Virus record (IMG/VR): IMGVR_UViG_3300037195_000767
Length of the DNA: 64,000 nt
Reading direction: 5' to 3' (one strand)
From: an uncultured virus (IMG/VR IMGVR_UViG_3300037195_000767)
Taxonomy: Duplodnaviria > Heunggongvirae > Uroviricota > Caudoviricetes
Shown here: in pieces, positions 56,292-64,000 of the stretch
How positions within the stretch are numbered: the stretch's first letter is position 1
How the letters are laid out: every line of letters begins with the position of its first letter
Notes under the pieces: model-generated
Database searches by the model: none
What the model was told of the DNA's origin: nothing
Seen by the model: only the letters and a program-made list of their open reading frames with translations
Position numbers and translations under genes: made by a program

Positions 56292-57466
56292 AATTCTATT
56301 TCATTTATTGATTCTATCCATTTACAATTAAATTCATCTTTAGTTCTCTTTCTTACCCACTTAACTTCCTGACTACCACGTACATACAGATTTATATATA
56401 AAGCTTCTTTGCCTTCTACCATTCTTAATGTTCTACCTTTTCTCTGTATATTATCTAAGGCTTTAGAACTACCAGCTGCACATATTCCTAAAGAACACTC
56501 AGGTACATTTAATCCTGCATTTAAAGCCTTTACTGAACTGATTAGTCTTGTTTTTGTACGACCATCTCCAAATGTTTTTAGAGCATTTTTCTTCTCTTTT
56601 AATTTCATTTTTGAATGAAAAGTAATACATTCTTCTCCTAAGGCACCTTGTAGTTCTTCAGCAAATATAATACTTTCACTGAATATTAATCCTTTTCTAT
56701 CAGGGAACTTATTAACAATCTTTTTTATTATATCTATTTTATTTTCAGCATTATAACATATTTTTTTACGTTTTTGCATAGATAAATAAAATATATTAGC
56801 CCATTTAGCTTTCTCTTTATCACTAGATGTTTTATATTTAGTAGCATTCTGAAAAGCAGAAAATCTACCTCCTAATTCATTAGTTGCTTTATTAAATAAT
56901 ATATCATATTTATTATATTGTTTTACTTCATCTTCTGTAAAACTAACAGCTAAATTATATACTGTATAAGGAGATATCAATTCCATATCTAAAGCGTCAA
57001 GAGTATCTGTTTTCTTAATTATTGGAGCAAATGATTTAAGATAAGATCTATATTCATCATTTTCTGGTGGAGTAGCTGTTAAACAATACATATTCTCGAA
57101 TCTATTATTTTCATATAAATTTCTATATTCATATGATAACGTAGTATGTACTTCATCTACTACTAAAATAGAACAATCATAATTTTTCCATTTATATACT
57201 GTTTGTATACATTGTATATCTATTCTATCTTTATATTTAGACATACTCCATTTTTTTATTTCATCAGGCCATTCATTATCTCTTAAATTCTCTGTAGGAA
57301 TTACAATTAATGCTCTATTGTTAGGATCCTGATCTAGTATATGTTGAATAGCCATGAGTCCCATTTTTGTCTTTCCTATACCTGTTGCCGCTATAGATGT
57401 ACCTTTACATCCTTTTTCTACCCACTTATTTATATGTTCTTTTTGTTCTATATCTTTAGTATTCAT
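56288..57466 (-). CDS. SF2 helicase (ResIII/UvsW-like)
   Basis: ATGIGKT, DEVH, LTATP, GLNVP, QRKGR. Confidence 0.9.
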   Translation of the reverse strand: MNTKDIEQKEHINKWVEKGCKGTSIAATGIGKTKMGLMAIQHILDQDPNNRALIVIPTENLRDNEWPDEIKKWSMSKYKDRIDIQCIQTVYKWKNYDCSILVVDEVHTTLSYEYRNLYENNRFENMYCLTATPPENDEYRSYLKSFAPIIKKTDTLDALDMELISPYTVYNLAVSFTEDEVKQYNKYDILFNKATNELGGRFSAFQNATKYKTSSDKEKAKWANIFYLSMQKRKKICYNAENKIDIIKKIVNKFPDRKGLIFSESIIFAEELQGALGEECITFHSKMKLKEKKNALKTFGDGRTKTRLISSVKALNAGLNVPECSLGICAAGSSKALDNIQRKGRTLRMVEGKEALYINLYVRGSQEVKWVRKRTKDEFNCKWIESINEIEL

Positions 57467-57693
57467 AATATTGAAGTTATTATATTTTTAATTTTACCTA
57501 ATACTTGTTTAAATACTTTTCTAGATTTATCAAATACTATTGGTGTTATCTTTTTTAATTTACTATTTTCTTTTAATGTTTTTTTAACACCGTTTTTTAA
57601 TTTTTCTTCGTCTTCACTTTCTGCTATTACTACTTGATCTAAATCTTTAAATTTATTATGCCATTCTTCATGATCGTGTGTTTTCTTTCCCAT
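57463..57693 (-). CDS. hypothetical protein
   Basis: ORF coupled to the helicase start. Confidence 0.5.
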   Translation of the reverse strand: MGKKTHDHEEWHNKFKDLDQVVIAESEDEEKLKNGVKKTLKENSKLKKITPIVFDKSRKVFKQVLGKIKNIITSIL

Positions 57694-57699
57694 ATTTAA

Positions 57700-57909
57700 T
57701 TATTTTTTATAAAATTCTATTATTAACGAATCTCTTCGATAACTATATTCTAAATATAATTTATCTAATTCATAATCTATATTATCTCTATGTTTTACTT
57801 GTTCATTAGTTAATCCTCTATTAACTCCACATGAAGATAATAATGTAATTAATGTAATTATTAATATCATTACTAATATTCCCATTGAATTTGCTCTTTT
57901 ATTTGTCAT
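57700..57909 (-). CDS. small putative lipoprotein
   Basis: Basic N-terminus, hydrophobic stretch, lipobox LSSC-G. Confidence 0.65.
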   Translation of the reverse strand: MTNKRANSMGILVMILIITLITLLSSCGVNRGLTNEQVKHRDNIDYELDKLYLEYSYRRDSLIIEFYKK

Positions 57910-57926
57910 ATTTTTTTAGTTTTTTA

Positions 57927-58205
57927 TTAAGCTTGAATACCACGTTCACCACCCCAATCTATCATTCTTAGAGGTGTTACTTTAGTTGTATTACAATGAT
58001 TACAGCATTGACCTTTCTTTATAGGTTCTGCATTATTACCTCCTTTATAATATACTTCACCATCTTTTGTTTTCTCTTCATCTAATGGTTTTTCACATAA
58101 ACAACATATACCTTTATATATATTTTTATCTATTGAGTTTTCTATTTGTGTAAGTATATACATACCTGATACAAATCCAATTCCAAACATTACTATTTCT
58201 AACAT
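57927..58205 (-). CDS. membrane-anchored Zn-finger-like protein
   Basis: N-terminal TM; CCLC...NNAEP...CCNHCN. Confidence 0.55.
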   Translation of the reverse strand: MLEIVMFGIGFVSGMYILTQIENSIDKNIYKGICCLCEKPLDEEKTKDGEVYYKGGNNAEPIKKGQCCNHCNTTKVTPLRMIDWGGERGIQA

Positions 58206-58220
58206 ATTATTTTATTTTAT

Positions 58221-58366
58221 GGGAGTGAGAGGGGGGAAAGAGAATCTGTTGTTATAAACTGATTTCTTGTTCGATTTAACGATCTCTAAATCCTTGATAT
58301 AACTGTCGTCTCTTATTATACATGATTCTATTACATAGAATGTGTCACCCCGCAATCATCTATCCC
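58221..58366. ncRNA. candidate structured non-coding RNA
   Basis: Nested complementary blocks spanning almost the whole intergenic region (see findings). Confidence 0.5.
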
Positions 58367-58373
58367 TTGTTTA

Positions 58374-60287
58374 TTATTTACACCACTCTTGCGTTGTAGT
58401 GCCATCTACTACCATATCTACTGATTGACATATCTCTTTTCCTGCAGATACCATCAGATCCTCTTGGATCAACTTCCATTCATCTATGAAATCATCTCTT
58501 ACTTCACACGTTATCTCATCATGTACTTGAGATACTATTCTTACTTTATCGTATAAGTTATCTTTTGAGATTTTTTCTGATATTAAAGCCAATGCTAATT
58601 TAATCATATCAGCTCCTGACCCTTGAATGGGAGTATTCATTGAAGCTCTTTCTATTTCACCTAGTCTTTTAAATTTAGTTCCAGGATCCATTGCATTCAA
58701 CATACCCCAGTCTTCAAACCATCTAACTCTTCTAAACGGTTTAAATGTTTTGATATGTCCATTCTTTTTACCATAATTACCTAATGCATGTAAGAATTTC
58801 TTTATACCAGGTAACTCTTCAAAATATTTATCAATGAAGTGCTTTGCATCTGTCTGTGGTATATCTAATGTATTAGCTAACGAAGTATATTGCATACCAT
58901 ATGCTAAACCAAAGTTAATAGTTTTAGCTACATCTCTATATGATTTACCTCTTAAAAATTCAGGTTTGTCTTTAACTTCAGACATATCTATATCAAATAC
59001 TAAAGATGCAACTTTACCATGAACGTCCTCTCCATTTTTAAATGCTTGAATCCATGTTGGATCTTTCGACCCTTCAGCTATTAATCTTAACTCCTGTCCT
59101 GAGTAATCCATAGTTACTAGTTTCCATCCTTTCTCAGCATGAAAACAATTTCTATATCTATTATCAGCTGGTATATTCTGCATATTTGGGTAGTTCATGT
59201 AACTATATTTACCACGTTGACCTGAAGACACACGACCAGTATTTAATATTTGCCAAAATACAGTATGTACTCTATTACTATTCTTGTTTAAATAATTAAC
59301 AAAGTCTTTTCCATACGTAGTCATTAACTTAGTTTTCTTTCTATAATCTATTATAGTTTTAATTAATGTATGACTACGTTGTCTTTTATATAATTCTTTC
59401 ATACTAGTATTTTCTAGACTTGGATCCAGTTTCTGCAGAACTTTTGTTACTTGTGACGGTGAAGACCATTTAACTCCTACTTCCCTTTCTTTACCGCCAA
59501 ACATATCTAACTGAATACCAGGTAGTTTAAAGCATTCTAACTTACTTTCAGATAATAATATATTATCTAAATTTTCTCCTAATTTAATAGATTCATCTTC
59601 AGCTTCTTTTGCTAAATTTAACCATGATTGTTTGTTAAATCCTAATCCATTATATTCTATTTCAGAAAATGCTATACATGCTCTATTCTCTAAATTTAAA
59701 ACTCTTTCAAGACCCAATTTATGAATCTTATCCATTTGTTTTTTCATTATAGGTATTAAATATTCTACATCTTTAGCACCGTAAGATATTTGTTTTAAAG
59801 TATATGGATTACCATCAGTAATTTTACTAAACTCTGATCTAGTTTCTTTTTCCATTTCTATATTTAAATATCTTTTAAGTATTTTATCTAAACTATATCC
59901 ATATCCTAGTTTACCACAATTTAATACTACTTCTGCTAACATAGTATCATATATATTTTGTGTTCTAAATCCAAATGAACTTAATAAAAACTTGTAATCA
60001 AATTTAGCATTTTGGAATAATTTTACATAACTCCTAGATTCAAATATAGGACGAAGGATTTCAATATTAACGTTTCTAGTATCTATTACAAACTGAACGT
60101 CTTCATCTCCCATTTGCAACATGATCACTTTATTTTTATGCCAGTCAACACCATCAGTTTCTGTATCTACCGCTATATATGTTAATATAGAACAGTAATC
60201 AAATACTTCATCTATAGTAGTAATTTCAATATCACTATGTATTAAACTATCATCTAATGTTAAATTGTTACTCACTATTTTTATCAT
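58374..60287 (-). CDS. polA: family A DNA polymerase with 3'-5' exonuclease
   Basis: VDTET, QNAKFD, TGRVSS, PNMQNIP, DYSGQELR, RDVAKTINFGLAYG, NTPIQGSGAD, VHDE. Confidence 0.96.
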   Translation of the reverse strand: MIKIVSNNLTLDDSLIHSDIEITTIDEVFDYCSILTYIAVDTETDGVDWHKNKVIMLQMGDEDVQFVIDTRNVNIEILRPIFESRSYVKLFQNAKFDYKFLLSSFGFRTQNIYDTMLAEVVLNCGKLGYGYSLDKILKRYLNIEMEKETRSEFSKITDGNPYTLKQISYGAKDVEYLIPIMKKQMDKIHKLGLERVLNLENRACIAFSEIEYNGLGFNKQSWLNLAKEAEDESIKLGENLDNILLSESKLECFKLPGIQLDMFGGKEREVGVKWSSPSQVTKVLQKLDPSLENTSMKELYKRQRSHTLIKTIIDYRKKTKLMTTYGKDFVNYLNKNSNRVHTVFWQILNTGRVSSGQRGKYSYMNYPNMQNIPADNRYRNCFHAEKGWKLVTMDYSGQELRLIAEGSKDPTWIQAFKNGEDVHGKVASLVFDIDMSEVKDKPEFLRGKSYRDVAKTINFGLAYGMQYTSLANTLDIPQTDAKHFIDKYFEELPGIKKFLHALGNYGKKNGHIKTFKPFRRVRWFEDWGMLNAMDPGTKFKRLGEIERASMNTPIQGSGADMIKLALALISEKISKDNLYDKVRIVSQVHDEITCEVRDDFIDEWKLIQEDLMVSAGKEICQSVDMVVDGTTTQEWCK

Positions 60288-60789
60288 TTTCTCTTGATTT
60301 TTTTAATAATCCTGTAAACAACCCTTTTAATTTTATATCTCCTCCTTCACCTCCTACTTCTGGTCCTGGATTATGTGGACTTAATTTACCATTATTATTT
60401 AATAATGTCATCATATCTGAATCTCCATTTATAGATTCAAACATAAAAGTTAATACTTCTTGTTTATCAGGATGCTGTGATGGTCTTATAAATTCTCCAT
60501 TTTCATCTTTTAATTTTGCTTCTCCGTCTTTTGATGCTACCATCCATCCTTCTGTAGTTACACAATACATTTGAGCTTTAATTATAGATAACATATCTAC
60601 TATCATTGCAACTAATGCTTCTTTTGATTCAGGACAATGAAATCCTTCCATAGGTAATGGTAATGATTTTCTGCCTCCATTTTCATTTATAAAAAATAAA
60701 TGTGGTGGATATTCTTTATATTCCATCCATTTATCTGTTACATGTTTTAATATTTTTAATTTAAACTCATCAAATTTTTCTTGTCCCAT
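60268..60789 (-). CDS. hypothetical protein
   Basis: 173-aa ORF overlapping the polA start. Confidence 0.65.
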   Translation of the reverse strand: MGQEKFDEFKLKILKHVTDKWMEYKEYPPHLFFINENGGRKSLPLPMEGFHCPESKEALVAMIVDMLSIIKAQMYCVTTEGWMVASKDGEAKLKDENGEFIRPSQHPDKQEVLTFMFESINGDSDMMTLLNNNGKLSPHNPGPEVGGEGGDIKLKGLFTGLLKKSRENDKNSE

Positions 60790-60805
60790 GTTTATAATTT
60801 TTAAT

Positions 60806-60835
60806 AAAAAAACAGGACAAATAAGTGCCCTGTTT
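60806..60835 (-). terminator. intrinsic terminator
   Basis: Minus strand AAACAGGGCA-cuuauu-UGUCCUGUUUUUUU; the G-U pair supports this strand. Confidence 0.7.
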
Positions 60836-60876
60836 CTTAATAAATAATAACTAACTAAACTTATAACTAAATCTGC

Positions 60877-61164
60877 TTATTCAGATTCTTCGTTTTTATT
60901 TTCTTCTGTTTCTCTATATTTTTGGATCATGTCAACTGTTTGTTTAACCATTTCGTCTTCTTGACCATTAAACTCTTTAAACTTTGTACCCATTAACTGA
61001 CTGGGCCATAGTATTTTACCTTTTAATTTATTCTTATCTATTTGTTTGATTAACTTACGCCTAGCTTTATACTCTTCGTAAGTTTCTCCTTCCTGCCTAA
61101 CAGGACTAGCTGAGAATTTAAATTCTTTTTCAACTGATTTGTCTTCTTTTTTTTCTTTACTCAT
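60877..61164 (-). CDS. hypothetical protein
   Basis: Charged 95-aa ORF with RQEGETYEEYKARRK motif. Confidence 0.6.
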   Translation of the reverse strand: MSKEKKEDKSVEKEFKFSASPVRQEGETYEEYKARRKLIKQIDKNKLKGKILWPSQLMGTKFKEFNGQEDEMVKQTVDMIQKYRETEENKNEESE

Positions 61165-61465
61165 GATAATCTAATTTTAATGTATCCAAATAATAACAAT
61201 TAGGTTTATCTTCATAATCAGTTTTGTGTATATTTAATACTTTATATTTACCTTGATCTTTAAAAGTAATATGATTACCAGCTTGTATAACTGGCCCATC
61301 TATATATTCTAATTTAGATATAAACATACTACTTATTGTTTCTGTTTTTGTAATAGATGGTTTATCATCAGAATATATTATTATACCTAACTCATTATCA
61401 GATAGAAACTTAAATGTTCTTCTTTGTCCTTTATTATTTAATATATTTATAACTCGCCTTTTCAT
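61157..61465 (-). CDS. hypothetical protein
   Basis: ORF directly downstream of a predicted promoter. Confidence 0.6.
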   Translation of the reverse strand: MKRRVINILNNKGQRRTFKFLSDNELGIIIYSDDKPSITKTETISSMFISKLEYIDGPVIQAGNHITFKDQGKYKVLNIHKTDYEDKPNCYYLDTLKLDYHE

Positions 61466-61486
61466 TTTAATTTGTTTATTAATTTT

Positions 61487-61520
61487 GGCAAATATATAAA
61501 TAATAATATAAATAACAACT
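61487..61520 (-). promoter_or_regulatory. Bacteroidota sigma-70-type promoter (-33/-7)
   Basis: Minus strand AGTTG-N19-TATATTTG-CC, same architecture as 7386-7419. Confidence 0.7.
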
Positions 61521-61528
61521 AAATTACA

Positions 61529-61756
61529 TTATTTTTTATTATCTCTTATTTTATGTAGTGTGTGACATCTTTTATTCTCATCATATACATACTTAGATGA
61601 TCTTTGTGATTTAAATTCCCATATTTCTTTATCTTCTTCTACTTCACCACTATATTTAAAATAGTTATTTAGATCTATATGTTTGGATTTTTGTTTCTTT
61701 TCCCACTCTTTGTCTTTTTTAAATTGGTTGACAAAATATTTAGTTAAATCAGTCAT
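61529..61756 (-). CDS. hypothetical protein
   Basis: Likely start MTDLTK at 61756. Confidence 0.5.
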   Translation of the reverse strand: MTDLTKYFVNQFKKDKEWEKKQKSKHIDLNNYFKYSGEVEEDKEIWEFKSQRSSKYVYDENKRCHTLHKIRDNKK

Positions 61757-61860
61757 CTTTTTCAATTTTATAATAAGCATATATTCCTGTCATCATTCCT
61801 GCCATATATACTAGTAAGTATGTTAATATTTCCATTTACTTATTTTTAGTTATTAATAAT

Positions 61861-61917
61861 AAAAGAATAAAAGAATGGCACACTCATATTTGTCGTAATA
61901 CTTGTATACCATTCTTT
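61861..61917 (-). terminator. long hairpin, terminator or processing site
   Basis: AAAGAAUGGUAUAC...GUGUGCCAUUCUUU 14-bp stem with two U-G pairs, followed by a U-rich tail. Confidence 0.6.
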
Positions 61918-61940
61918 ATTCCCAACACACAACAAGAAAT

Positions 61941-62408
61941 CTATTTAAACAATTTATCAAATTTGTTTATACATTCTTCTAATTCTTTTTCTATTACATC
62001 TCTAGTTCTCATCAGTATAGCTATTAATGCCTTATCAGGTAATGATTTAAGATCTAAATGAAAACTATCTAATTTAACTCTATCATTCTTTTTCATGTAT
62101 TTATCCACTCTACCTAGTTTTCTCATAAACTCTTCTGGACTATTAGCATCAGCTAATGAATTTAATATATCATTTGGTTTTTCATTTAACATATTATCTT
62201 TATCTTTTGGAACTTTAACTTCTATATTTACTGATATATTACTTAAAATATTATCACTTTTATCTATATCAAGTATTGCCTCACATATGCCATTTATAGA
62301 ATCTTTGTATCTTCTAAAATCATCACATATTTTTACTAATTCATTTGTATTACTAAATTTAGATCTTAGTAAATCATAATTCTTATTGTTTATTTGTTGT
62401 TTACTCAT
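61941..62408 (-). CDS. hypothetical protein
   Basis: ORF track; operon context. Confidence 0.6.
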   Translation of the reverse strand: MSKQQINNKNYDLLRSKFSNTNELVKICDDFRRYKDSINGICEAILDIDKSDNILSNISVNIEVKVPKDKDNMLNEKPNDILNSLADANSPEEFMRKLGRVDKYMKKNDRVKLDSFHLDLKSLPDKALIAILMRTRDVIEKELEECINKFDKLFK

Positions 62409-62437
62409 AATGTTGTGTGTTATAAATTAATAATATG

Positions 62438-62836
62438 TTAAAAGTCGTGTTTATCATCACCCATTGTTTCTTTAAATCCTTCTCTATTTAATTCCATATT
62501 GGATAGATTAATATCTGAATCTGATCCAAAAGCTCTCCTTAATAGACTATTAAACATTTCTTTCATTAAACCAGGAGGAATATCTGCATCTCTAACATGA
62601 CTAATCAATTGTTCTGTTCCATTTAATCCTCCTAATATTACACCTACAGCTAATAAATCTTCTGGACTTTGTGGATCATACTTATTTAATGTGTCTTCTA
62701 AAGCTTCTGTTTTTTGTTTTTCTCCATTTTGTAATTTTTCTCTCATATATTTAGCAACATCATCCATATTAATAGATGTCTTTATTGCTTTATGTAAACT
62801 ACTAGCTTTATGATTAAATTTTATATTATACTTCAT
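62438..62836 (-). CDS. hypothetical protein
   Basis: ORF track; coupled. Confidence 0.6.
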   Translation of the reverse strand: MKYNIKFNHKASSLHKAIKTSINMDDVAKYMREKLQNGEKQKTEALEDTLNKYDPQSPEDLLAVGVILGGLNGTEQLISHVRDADIPPGLMKEMFNSLLRRAFGSDSDINLSNMELNREGFKETMGDDKHDF

Positions 62837-63389
62837 CTTTCTTGTCTGTTTTATTATTAATATTCTCTATCATATCACATACTAATTGATATTTTGAACT
62901 ATCTATTTCATCAACCATTGTTTCTTTCTTTATAATAGACATACCTTCTAATTTATTCTCTACTATTATATGACCGTGGCCTTGAAATACCTTATAAATA
63001 TTTTCTCCTGGTAATACTACATAAGTAGCAACATTTACTAGTTTATTATTTATTTTATAAGGTATTACTTCTCTTGTAATTATATCTCCTGGTATAACTG
63101 ATCCAATAAACTCTTTTGCTTTATTGGGTGTTATTCTTCTCCAAACAGGATTACCATTTTTATTTAATGATTGAAACATTATTCTTGATCTATGTAAAGA
63201 CAACGGTGAATGGATACTCATAAAATCTATGATGTAATATTTTATAGGCTCTGATTGATCAGAATCTGTAATATTAATATATCCATCCACTCCAGACTCA
63301 TCCTGAAGAATTTCAGCATCAGGATTGTCTGACAGTCTTACATTTACTACTTCTATCTCTTTATTGTCTTTTATAAATTCAACTTTCAT
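62826..63389 (-). CDS. hypothetical protein
   Basis: ORF track; coupled. Confidence 0.6.
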   Translation of the reverse strand: MKVEFIKDNKEIEVVNVRLSDNPDAEILQDESGVDGYINITDSDQSEPIKYYIIDFMSIHSPLSLHRSRIMFQSLNKNGNPVWRRITPNKAKEFIGSVIPGDIITREVIPYKINNKLVNVATYVVLPGENIYKVFQGHGHIIVENKLEGMSIIKKETMVDEIDSSKYQLVCDMIENINNKTDKKDEV

Positions 63390-63744
63390 TGTACTTACTG
63401 TTAAGTTTCTCTACTTTCTTTAAAAATTCTTTCTGAGCTTTAGGTGAACTTAAATCTACTAAACCTACATCTTTCATACTTGTAGGTTTCTTTATACTAG
63501 GCACACCACCATTCATTTTATTAGATACTTTGATTTCTTCAGCATCTACCTTCATAGTATTACCAGCAATGTCAGCTAAATCTTTTAATACTTTTGTTGT
63601 CTTACAACACAGATCAGCATTCTTTTGAATAAATTCTCTGTTATCTTTAACTATATCAAATATAGTATTAACTGTATTTAATAATGATTTCATACCTTTT
63701 TGTAAAGATACAATTTCTTTTCTTAATTCTTCTTGTGTGTTCAT
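63379..63744 (-). CDS. hypothetical coiled-coil protein
   Basis: ORF track; coupled. Confidence 0.55.
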   Translation of the reverse strand: MNTQEELRKEIVSLQKGMKSLLNTVNTIFDIVKDNREFIQKNADLCCKTTKVLKDLADIAGNTMKVDAEEIKVSNKMNGGVPSIKKPTSMKDVGLVDLSSPKAQKEFLKKVEKLNSKYNES

Positions 63745-63923
63745 CTTTTTATCTTTTTTTTATACATTTCTATGTAATCTAATACGTGTTTCGCATAGAT
63801 TGTGTAATATGTTCCACCATCAAACTCAAATTTCTCCACCTTCTCTTTTACGGCTCTATCATATGCTATCTTGAGTTCTCTACCCTTATCGATTAACATA
63901 CTAACCATTTTCATATGTCCCAT
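63741..63923 (-). CDS. hypothetical protein
   Basis: ORF track; ATGA overlap. Confidence 0.55.
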   Translation of the reverse strand: MGHMKMVSMLIDKGRELKIAYDRAVKEKVEKFEFDGGTYYTIYAKHVLDYIEMYKKKIKR

Positions 63924-64000
63924 AATATTTGTTTTAATGTTATAAAATGAACAAGAGAGATTGCATAACCGTATATGTACTACTAACGCAATATTTCATA

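Noticed and set aside
58221..58366. tRNA gene
   Set aside because: No cloverleaf; the GTTCGA at ~58269 is not set in a T-arm/acceptor context
28244..60287. Inteins or group I introns in RNAP, DnaB, primase or PolA
   Set aside because: No C...HN splice motifs or LAGLIDADG/HNH inserts recognised; replication enzymes are compact and uninterrupted
8226..62379. Short antisense ORFs in the track (e.g. 8226, 16304, 16685, 16904, 21358, 25555, 30842, 40681, 47300, 53317, 53959, 56151, 56409, 57341, 58834, 60257, 62095)
   Set aside because: They overlap well-supported genes on the opposite strand and have shadow-ORF composition
1..64000. Stop-codon reassignment as in some Crassvirales
   Set aside because: Very long ORFs are intact under the standard code, and TAG/TGA end genes at sensible junctions

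Overview
AT-rich 64-kb segment of a large Crassvirales (crAss-like) phage, probably infecting an environmental Bacteroidota/Flavobacteria host. The host inference rests on TAnnTTTG promoters, A-rich starts without Shine-Dalgarno, and SprB-type repeats. Plus strand 1-46.2 kb is the virion block: Cys-rich/SprB surface proteins, small paralogous structural proteins, a metallophosphoesterase, tail ring/IHF/tail-tube/muzzle genes, then giant ejected cargo proteins. The cargo includes CHAP-like and lytic-transglycosylase-tipped proteins, a 4600-aa virion RNA polymerase polyprotein and a zincin protein. Minus strand 46.3-64 kb is the replication block: VWA + MoxR ATPase, exonuclease, RusA-like resolvase, primase, SSB, AAA ATPase, DnaB, Nmad1 + adenine methyltransferase, SF2 helicase, PolA and small ORFs. 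The two blocks converge on a hairpin terminator. The standard genetic code fits. The most striking observation is that the virion RNAP carries in-frame accessory domains (ART-like, P-loop kinase, two unknown) bounded by short DNA direct repeats that encode Pro/Val linkers, suggesting an effector-cassette swapping system. Also notable are a ~146-nt rod-like structured RNA candidate after polA, a second structured element between ssb and primase, and motif-delimited modular cargo proteins, one with a beta-barrel-like module. All family calls come from motif recognition, not database searches.
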